Shown here: positions 54,843-64,000 of the stretch, one piece after another
Layout of the letters: every line of letters begins with the position of its first letter
How positions within the stretch are numbered: position 1 is the stretch's first letter
NCBI GenBank assembly: GCA_951406725.2
Contig: OX597821.1
Location: forward strand, 81,158,001-81,222,000
Reading direction: 5' to 3'
Origin: Octopus vulgaris
Lineage: Eukaryota
DNA length: 64,000 bases
The notes under the pieces: generated by a model
What the model was told of the DNA's origin: nothing
Database searches by the model: none
What the model saw: the letters and a program-made list of their open reading frames with translations, nothing else
Made by a program: the position numbers and the translations under genes

Positions 54843-56788
54843 TCGCCCAGAAACTCGAATGTCGCCCTTAGCTCGCTGGACAGGTTACACAGAGAGGATA
54901 ACAGCAAAGATAGATATTCTTTAGCAGCAAGTTTTGGAATAAACACAGCTGTCTTTGGAGACCAGCTTCATACCAGGTCCATCCAGTTGGAGAAAATGAA
55001 GCAGTTGGACAGTTCCCCTTCTAGTAGAGTTTCCCCTGTTGAAACTGAATGCACTGAACGGGTCAACACACCTGAAACAGTCGACAAAGACCTACCCAGC
55101 GAAACAGCTTCTAAGACCTTGCACGAAGAAAAAATGGATAAAGTGGAGAATTCTTTGATTGATATCCAACCTCCAAGAGACGAACTGCAGGAAGAAAATA
55201 ATGAGTCAGCATTAGATGGTGAGAAAACGTTGCAAATGCTTTCTGCTTGTTCGGCAGATGAAGAAAATCAGACAATGCAATCTTTTGAATCGGACAATAC
55301 AATCAAACAAGAAGTGCAAACTGATATTCATAATCTTGAATTTAACCAGACAGGAAAGAAAATGGATGAAAGTTCATCAGTTTGTGGTGAGACGAACATT
55401 TTTGCCGTGTCCGACTCTGTTAGTTCAGTGGATGAAGTGGATAATTTGATACAAGTATCTGATTGTAGAACATCATTTAATGAAGAAGAGACTTCTAGTC
55501 TAAAGGACAGTGATGTACCATCGACTGATCTTTCCAAAACTGACTCAACAGTTAACTTCGGAGATATGAATCCTGCTTCCGATAATGAAGAAGATAGTCT
55601 CTCTGAATGTACGGCGACATATAATAGGGCGGAACAAGAAAACAGACCATCATCTAGTGAGGGGGAATCTTCAAGTTTAAAGGACGGTGATATACCATTG
55701 ACTGATCTTTCCAAAACTGATTTAACGGATATCTCTGAAGATATGAATCCTGTTTTCAATAACCAAGACGCTAGTCTATTTGATGGTGCGACGACATATA
55801 ATAATACGGAACAAGAAACTGCTTTTACAAGTGTTGGCTATGAACCTTCGGTGAAGTGCTGTATAAGAGATTCTATCTCTGAAAACAACGTTAAATCGTC
55901 TCCTGTTTGCCAGAATGAATCATCAACGCAGAATAACTCAAACTGTAACAAATTTTCTTCGAACACAATTGAAGAATCTACTAGCTCACCGGTTCATTTT
56001 CGAAAAAAAATCAGGAAAATGGAAATATTGCGAATTCCTACCAAAACTTCTCAGAAACGTAAAAAGAAAACATTGGAAATTGCCCAGAAAGATGCTCCCA
56101 TTTTTGATGTCGATACGACGATATATGTAGAAGAAGACAATTCTTCACCGGTTATTGCAAATGGATTGCATTTGAATGAAAACTCAAGAGAATGTTCCGA
56201 CGAATCGTTGTCAACTCGTCATCAACGAAATTCTATGAATAATACAAAAAAATCTAATTGCTTTTCAAGTGCCTCTAATACTGTTACTACTGTCCAAAAG
56301 TTCTTTGTTACAGTCGACAGCTCTTCCAGTGACTCAGAACTTTCGACTACATCCGATGACGATAATCAGTGTCGGCAAAAATGTAAAAAATGTAAAACAC
56401 ATTCTCTAAACTTACTCGCTTTCTTGGCAAGTGTCTTCGCACTCGTTACAGGAACATGTCTTCGGTCTGTGATTTCATCGAGAGATTACCGCACCATTCT
56501 CTATCTACGACTTCCTGGCCAGTTGTTCACTAATGTATTACAGATGCTAGCCATACCGTTGATTATCTCTGGCCTTATATCGAACCTTGCATCGCTCGAC
56601 AGAGGGCTGGCACGCCGCATTTGTCTACGTACATTCTTTTATTATTCCATCACGTCGTTTATTGCGTTAATGACTGGAGTCATTCTAGCACTTACCATTC
56701 AACCAGGCCAATTCGGCGTCAATCTGACCGTGGAGAAGCAAGCAGTTCCCAAAGTCAACATTTTGGATGTAATGTCAGACTTACTCAG
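54843..56788 (+). CDS. SLC1A: Large exon of an SLC1-family (EAAT / dicarboxylate-amino acid:cation symporter) transporter: long acidic N-terminal extension plus TM1-TM3
   Basis: ORF 54987-56792 ends with [30 protein letters not shown]...[27 protein letters not shown]...DLLR, matching SLC1 motifs FPGE...LKMLILPLI.SSL..GLA.LD, YY..TT, I.PG and LDLIR. Donor AG|GTGAGT at 56788/56789 splits the DLLR Arg codon. The frame is open from a pyrimidine-rich TAG acceptor at 54842; the first in-exon ATG is 54996. Confidence 0.9.
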
Positions 56789-57174
56789 GTGAGTTAAACA
56801 TTTCGTTCATTTTTCTTGTTTTGTTTTAGTTTTGTTTTACATGGTTTAGTAAGAGCAGAAAAGCTAACATATCTGATCCTTTTGAAGATTCCTGGGAATG
56901 GAGGCGGAAGGGAGAAGAGGGGTGGTTATCCTCACACTAGAGACCTGACTGATGAAAACACGTAAGGACCAGGAGATAATAATATCCATCAGGACGAGAA
57001 GGTGGCGAACTGGCAGAAACGTTAGGACGCCGGGCAAAATGCTTAGCGGCATTTCGCCCGTCTTCACGTTCTGAGTTCAAATTCCGCCGAGGCTGATTTT
57101 GCCTTTCGTCCTTTTCAGATCGATAAAATAAGTGCTAGTCGAGATAGATTAAATCCACCGCTTGTTTTTCTCAT

Positions 57175-57715
57175 AGGCGCTGGTATGGCTGCGTTGTTAA
57201 GAAGCTCGCTTTGCAATCACGCGGTTTCGGGTTCAGTCCCATGTTGGGAAAATGTCATTTACAACAGTCCTGGGGCGACCAGTGTCTTGTGAGTGGATTT
57301 GGTAGATAGAAACTGTGTGGAAATCTGTCGTATGTATGTTTGTGTGTGTGTGTGTATATGTAAGTATGTATGTATGTATGTATGTATGTATGTATGTATG
57401 TATGTATGCATGTATGTATGTATGTATGTATGTATGCATGTGTGTGTGTATGTATGCATGTATGTATGCATGTATGTAAGTATGTATGTATGTATGCATG
57501 TATGTATGTGTGTGTGTGTGTGTGTTTGTGTGTCTCCTTTCCTGCCTCTTTACAACTGTTGCTGGTTTGTCTACTTCCCCATAACATTAGTGGTTCGGCC
57601 GAAGAGATTGATAGAATACGTAGCACTTAAAAAGGTGCGTCGTGGGGTCAATTTGTTCAACTAAATCTTTAAAGGTGTGCTCCTACATGGCTGCAATCCA
57701 ATGACAGAAATAAAT
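57175..57715 (+). mobile_element. SINE family A with expanded (TATG)n core
   Basis: ggcgctggtatggctgcgttgttaag head and catggctgcaatccaatgacagaaa tail. Confidence 0.7.
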
Positions 57716-57928
57716 AACATTTCTTTCTTTTGGGTTGCTAATGTCCTGTTTGATTATTTTAGCTGAATCATTACAACGAGCTGTAGTCATTGTTACAGTA
57801 CTAGTATGTATTCACCATTTATTGTCACTGTCGTAATTTGCAATCACTGCGCAAGATCACAGCAGCGAGATATAACTACTGCGCATAGTCACTGCATTGA
57901 CACGAAGCACAAAGGGTGCTAAAAACGA

Positions 57929-57940
57929 TTATTATTATTA

Positions 57941-57992
<52 letters not shown>

Positions 57993-58720
57993 GTGACGAA
58001 AACTCACAGCTTATTTTGCTGAGTATGATGGAACGTGTCAGCAGACTAAGGCGACACTTGTTTACCGGCCCTAGTGTTCTTGGCGCCTCCCGCAAGTAGA
58101 ACTTTGGCGCCTTTACAGGTATAATTTTTTTTCAAACTTTCACAAGGTGAAAAACTGAAAATGTAGACTGAAAAGCACATGGTGCCCCGAGTGACTGCTC
58201 GGGTTGCCGGTAGCTTGAGCCGGCCCTGGTCATGCTTCAAGAACCGCGCGAAGAATTGTTGCAATTCCAAGCAATGCTGATTTTTGTAGGTATTCTACCT
58301 TCACACTTGCACCAATCTTTTTCAGCCATGTTAGTAGTTGAATGTTGATAGGTCCAAGTGCTCCAATTACTACTGGTATCACGTTTACCCTCCTCATTGA
58401 CCACAACCTTCGTATTTCCCCCTTCAAATGGCTAAAGTTGCTCATTTTTTCTTCTTCTTTCACATTGATCCTGTTGTCACCGGGGCATGCTTTGTCAATT
58501 ATCATGCATGTTCTTTGTTTTTTTATTGACCATAACATTGTCCGGTTTCCGATGTCTGGTCAAGTGATCGCACTGAATCATTGCTTCCCACAAGATTTTG
58601 CAATTCTCATTCTCGGTGACTCCTTCTGGGGTTTCCTCACACTACGGCTTCCCTCTTTGTAGGCCGTGATTTCCACAGAGATCCCAATGGATCATTCTTG
58701 CCGCATTGTCATGGCGTCAC
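57929..58720 (-). mobile_element. R4/Dong-clade (restriction-like endonuclease) LINE 3' end ending in (TAA)n; 3' UTR interrupted by a hAT-like MITE (~58068-58228)
   Basis: RHDNAARMIHWDLC...KILWE...RKPD...IIDKACPGD...VIPVVIGALG...LQKSALLGIATILRAVL*; (ATT)n array 57929-57992. Confidence 0.85.
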
Positions 58721-58724
58721 TGTT

Positions 58725-59300
58725 GGAAAAGAAAAAAAATCTTAACATCGGGTTACAACAAGTAACCTTAGATACCAAGAACCTTCCTAAGTATCCTAGC
58801 GGTCCCTAATAACACTGTTTTCTGGAGCTGTACTAAATTGGGTTTTATGCCTATTTCTTCTATCCATCAGTTCAAATTTTTAGGGACAGTTCCCAATGCA
58901 TCTATAACCACTGGGATACAGTTTACCCACTCTTTCCATAGTCTCTGTTATTCAATGGCTAGGTCCTGGTACTTTGCTATTTGTTCTATACCTCTCATAT
59001 TAATTTTTTCATTATTTGGGACTGTAAAGTCAATTATCTGCCACTTTATATTCTCTGCTACTACTAAATCGGGTCTTCTATTTTCTATTACCCTGTCAAT
59101 CTGAATGTTAAAGTCCCACAACATCTTATATTTCTTACTTTCTAGTACTTTACTAGGTTCATGTTCATACCATGCGTCAGTATGGTAAAATCCTAGCTTT
59201 CTACATAACTCTCAGTGGATTACTCTCCCTAAGTTGTCATGACTTTTCTTGTATTCTTCCTGCGCCAGCATGCTACATCCACTAACTATATGAGTAACAT
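58725..59300 (-). mobile_element. Second, distinct R4/Dong-clade LINE 3' end
   Basis: CSMLAQEEYKKSHD...WYEHEP..VLE...LWDFNIQIDRVIENRRPDLVV...IIDF.VP...KYQDLA...IPVVIDALGTVP...LQKTVLLGTARILRKVL. Confidence 0.85.
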
Positions 59301-59309
59301 TTTCTTCTT

Positions 59310-59356
<47 letters not shown>

Positions 59357-60139
59357 ACACTATCTATCTATACATGCATACATATACCTACCTACCTACC
59401 TACCTACCTACCTACCTACCTACCTACTTACCTACCTATCTACCTACCTACCCACATACCTACCTACCTACCTACCTACCTACCTTCCTACCTACCTACC
59501 TACCTACCTACCTACCTACACATGCATGCATGAATATATACATACATACGCACACAACACACATATAAGACGGGTTTCTACAGAGTTTTCGTCTACCAAA
59601 TTTATTCCCAAGGCAATGGTTATGGTAGATGACACTTACGCAAAGAGTTATGGAATGAGACTGAACCAAAAAAGAAAAAAAAACCCATTCGGTTGCAAAG
59701 CGCGCTTCTTAACCATGTCGCCATACCTGCGACATTAGTTTTGTAGAGGGCTGTGAAGATTAATCAAACATTTCCTCGGGATGTAAGGCAAGGAGTGGGG
59801 ACCACTAATGCAAAGGATCCTTCATCTGGTTATCTCGCTGGTTGGTGAGAGAGTTAATATCCACTGTACTTTAGAAGCAAATCCAACCCTAGATATATTT
59901 GTTCGATTCCTAGATTGTGGGACCCTTGATCATCTGCATAATTTATCTCCTGGTAAATTTGGCAATGAAATAAAACTTTGGCAGCCCCCTTCTCTTTATA
60001 TCTTAAAGCATGTGTTTATTTTGTTTTTTGGTTGATTCCATTCTGGATAAAGAAAAAAAAAAGGATCAAAAGCATCCTTCTCGAGCCCTATAGACTCATA
60101 GGGACTGGTCTCCCAGTTTTCGTGGCGTATATATTTCTA

Positions 60140-62530
60140 TAGTTGAAATTTGCAGAAAAACAAAAGACGACGACAGGTGTATAAACAACAAACAGATGTA
60201 TTAGTTTAACGCTCGAGAAGGTGAGAAAGTCTTTTATGTTTCGAGCCTACGCTCTTCAACAGAAAGGAACACGAGGAAATAAACAGAGGGAGAATTGAAA
60301 AAATGCTTTTGGAGCTAGCGGTCAGTCATGGCGGCTGGCTGGACAAAGGTAGTTAGACAGGAGAGCTAAGAAGAAGGGGAGATAATAAAGTAATGGTGAT
60401 CCCAAAATGAAGGTGCGCGTGCGTGTGTATGTGAGAGTGTGTAAATGTGTGCGTGTGGATAGGGGCTGGTGACTTTAACGTGTGGATGTGTGCGTGTGTG
60501 CATCTGTAATGTGTGGCTGTGTGGATGATGGTGTGGGTGCTGGGAAGTGGTCAGTGCTAGTGTGTGCGGGGTGGTGTGGTGGTGTGTGATGTGGTGTGAC
60601 GGTGTAGGGGTGTGGGGATGCGAGGGTGGGATTGGGATAAAGATGTGGGGTAGGGGTGGGGTATGTGGGAGAGGGATGTGTAGGGGTTGGGTGTGGATGG
60701 AGGGGGTATCGATAAAGGGAGAAGGTGGATAGGAATGAAGTGAGGAAGTAGGTGCTAGGACAAGAGAGGAGAGGAGAGGTGGGTAGGAGTGAAAAGAGGA
60801 AGTAGGTGTGAGATGAAGATAGGAGAGAAGGGGAGTCAGATGAAGAGGGGAGGGGAGTTGAGCCCACGTGGCGCAATGGAGTGAAGAGAGAAGATTAATT
60901 CCTGTTCACGGCGAAGGTAGGAGCCCGGGTGGCCCCTGTGCAAAGACAATCCTAAGGCAGACAGGTGTTGTAATGAATGACTGGTAGAGCGGAAATGGCG
61001 CGAGACCGGGGTGTTGTTGCCGAGTCTAATGTCTCGGAGGTGCTCCGCGAACCGGTCAACCAAGCGGCGTCCCGTTTGACCGATGTACAGAGAAGGACAG
61101 AAAGAGCAGGAGATGCAGTAAATGACATTGCTAGAAGTGCATGTAAAGGAACCAATGATATGATAGGGACGATGATGGGTACCGGTGAGGATGGTGGTGT
61201 TGGAGAGGTAAGGGCAAGTGCGGCAGCATCGGCGGGAGCAGAGGAACGGGCCAGGTTGGGAGGTGGGGTTAGGGAAGAAACTGGGCCAGGAGGTCACGCA
61301 TATTGTGGGCTCGTTTGAAGAAGGGGAGGAGTAGGTTGGGGAAGATGTTCGAAGTGGAGGGGTCGGACTGGAGTCACCGGAAGGCTCGGAGAATGGTGAG
61401 TTGAAGGGGCAGGGTAGAGGGGTGGTAGGCGAGTGGAAATGGGAGACGGGTAACGGCGGTGAGAGAGAGCAGAGGCACGGTCCACGGAACGTGCTCTGGT
61501 AAGAGTGGTGTGGATAGTGGTGAGGGGATATCCACGAAGGATGAAATGGCGAGCCATGAGTTGAGACTGAGTCTCAAAGTCATGGTTGTCACTGCAGAGC
61601 TTGCGCAGACGGAGGAATTGGGAGTAGGGGATGGAGAGCTTGGCGTGGGTAGGGTGGGAGGAGGAGAAGTTAAGGTATGAGCGTGAGTCGGTGTGTTTGT
61701 AGTGGATGGAGGTAGTGAGAGTGGAGTTATGTACGTTGACCGAAATGTCGAAAAAGGCAACGGAGTGTTGGAAATGGTGCAGGAGAATTAGAGAGCAGGA
61801 TGGAAGGATTGTTCGTGGGAGAACGAAGTCGCACTGATACAGTCATCAATATAACGACCGTATAGTTCGGGAGTGGGACAAGTGAATCTTGAAAATATTT
61901 GGGCCTCAACGTAGCCAACAAACAGGTTCGCATAGTTGGGGTCCATTCTCGTTCCCATGGCCACTCCCGAGACATATTGGTAAAAGTCCCCCGTGGACGT
62001 GAAGAAGTTGAGGGAGAGAACAAGTTCGGCTAGACGAAAAAGTGTGGACGTGTCAGGGTTGAATTGTCTATGAAGTGTTTGAGGGTAAGAAGTCCTTCGT
62101 GGTGTGGGATCACCGTATATAGACTCTTGATATCGAGAGTGAAGAGAAGTTTAGAGGGACCAGGAGGGAAAGAGAAGGAGTTGAAAAGGACGAAGAGCAT
62201 GGTTAGTGTCGTGGATGTGTGAGGGGAGGGAAGCCACTAGGGTAGCAAGGACACGGTCGAGGTATTCATAGATCAGTTCCGTGGGACAGTTACAGGCGGA
62301 GACGATGAGGTGCCAGGGTTGTTGCGTTTGTGGATTTTGGGAAGGAAGTAAATGGTGGGGGTGCGAGGAGTGCAGACGATGAGGTTGGAGGCGGTTGAAG
62401 GGAGACGGGAGGAGGAGATGAGGTGACGGATAGTGGAAGACATGGTCTGTTGGTAGCTAGGCATGAGGTTGAAGGGCAGAGGGCAGTAGAGGGAGGTGTC
62501 TTGAAGTTGGCGGAGAGCTTCAGCGTTCGA
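60140..62530 (-). mobile_element. Penelope-like element (Neptune-type): frameshifted RT plus GIY-YIG endonuclease and terminal repeat
   Basis: YFLPKIHK, VAMGTRM.PNYANLFVGYVE, RYIDD, Cys-rich linker CSRRCCRTCP, and FTCTSSNVIYCISCSFCPSLYIGQTGRRLVDRFAEH...REQELIFSL....PRGLN. Confidence 0.92.
60231..60266 (-). ncRNA. Non-canonical minimal hammerhead-like motif in the Penelope terminal repeat
   Basis: cttt-CTGTTGA-a-gagc-gtag-gctc-GAAAC-ATA-aaag; helices I and II form, core A6 is replaced by U and helix III is degraded. Confidence 0.45.
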
Positions 62531-63568
62531 CACTCGGACTGTACTCGGGCTTAGCCCGAGTACAGATTTGATGATGTGAACGTGTATTTGCAAGCTGATT
62601 TAATTTCTGCCAATATTGATCTCAAGTATATAATTGCAGCCAATAACTCGAGCTCCTTTTATTGGTCACAGTTCATTTATTTTCGTTCAGGATGGACAGG
62701 ATGCTGGTCCGTTGCAGGATTAGTCATTTTTACCAGCTGAGTGGATTGGAGCAACATGAAATGAAGTGTTTTGCTCAAGAACACAATGCACAACCCGGTC
62801 CAGGAATTGAAATCACAATCTTACGATCAACACCCTAACTTCTACACTCCCAACCTGACTATACTATAAATTGAAATCTACCGCATCTGATTTGCATAAA
62901 AAAAAAGTACGAGTATATTAGGCGTATTCTAATTTCAGTAGCGTATATTCAAGAGAAAATAGTTTTTAGTGCATCAAAGCATGCAATATTGAAAGTAATT
63001 TTGGATATAGGACCTGGGGTGACATTTTGAGATTTTCTTTTTCTTTTGGAAAAAGTGTGCGCCTTATATGTCATCAAATCTGGTACAATGCGTTACATTC
63101 AGTAAATTATAATATTGTGGTAGTGTTTGTTGACTACAGTCTCGTAATTATTCAATAAATCTGAACATGACAATGAGCAGCAAACGAAACTGTTTTAACC
63201 TTATATTTCAGCCATGTAGCCTTGTCTGAAATAGATTCTGAACTGAATTCTCCATAAGAAACTCTGATTTGTTATAGTAAAACATAATTATTATCCAGTG
63301 TACCGTAGCCATCAAGGACCGTTCACACCTTGTATTTAAAAGATTTGGGACTATCAGGCTACAGCAGTCGGAACTCATTTTCATCCGAGTAGACTGGAAC
63401 ATCGTGAAATGAAGTGTTTTGTCTAAGGACACAACGCCTCGTCCGAGAATCGAATTCTCGACCTTACGATTGTGAATCTAACAGTTTTAAACGCTTGACC
63501 ACGCACCTTCAAAACATCTAATTGTTATATTTAGTTTCAAATAAGGTACTTAATAACTTTATTTCACT

Positions 63569-63910
63569 ACTAGCACTATGTGCTAGTGCATGCATATACA
63601 GCTGCGTGCGTGCGCACATGCACGCAAGTACTGTCCAAATCTCCGACCAATCACATACTGCTAGCTGGCATTCAATTGGCGTATTAAGTTTCGGGCATAG
63701 AAACTTCACAATTGGATAGAAAAATCACAAAAATGTCACTTCTATTGATTTTTTTAATGGCTTTGCTGGGTGACTGGTGAAATGTAAAGATGTGCACGAC
63801 CACCCTTGGACGGTTTTGAATGACCATAGACAGTGCGAGCCCTCTAGCTGAAAAATGGATTTGTATAAAGGACACACACACAGACATTTTGCTGTTTATA
63901 TAGAGAGAGA
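63569..63910 (-). mobile_element. Probable non-autonomous Helitron, internally deleted
   Basis: Minus-strand A|TCtctctatataaacagcaaaatgtctgtgtgtg start and catagtgCTAG|T end; subterminal hairpin not seen. Confidence 0.45.
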
Positions 63911-64000
63911 TGCGCTAAGGGAAGCAAATTTATATGAGAGTCGGTAAATCGATTACATCGACCCCAGTACTCAACTGACACTTATTTTAACGATCTCGAA

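Overview
AT-rich, repeat-dense metazoan DNA. The repeat families, microsatellite load and gene style point to a mollusc, most likely an octopus; this is inferred from pattern recognition, not a search. Two host genes are supported and face away from each other. The first is a 99-bp first coding exon of a Rho-associated kinase (ROCK/Rok)-like gene on the minus strand (8646-8744), too short for the ORF track and lying in a CpG-retaining promoter/first-intron zone. The second is a ~1.9-kb plus-strand exon of an SLC1 (EAAT/glutamate-neutral amino acid) transporter (54843-56788) with an unusually long acidic N-terminal extension containing a 60-aa internal duplication. A CCAAT/TATA/Inr promoter and an in-phase candidate first exon at ~43.0-43.2 kb may belong to it. 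The rest is mostly transposon debris: RTE, CR1 and R4/Dong LINE fragments, a Neptune-type Penelope-like element, a Gypsy remnant, Tc1 and mellifera-type mariner fossils, Helitrons, piggyBac-, MULE- and Merlin-like MITEs, three tRNA-SINE families, and a 3.7-kb (TTTC)n tract. Notable structures are three hammerhead-ribozyme-like motifs, several long inverted repeats (one strongly biased to G-U wobbles), nested and tandem insertions, and a CpG-depleted 11-33 kb block with plus-strand splice signals that suggests an unannotated divergent transcript. No new multi-gene system is demonstrated. Most long ORFs in the track are microsatellite artefacts. Boundaries of decayed repeats are approximate.
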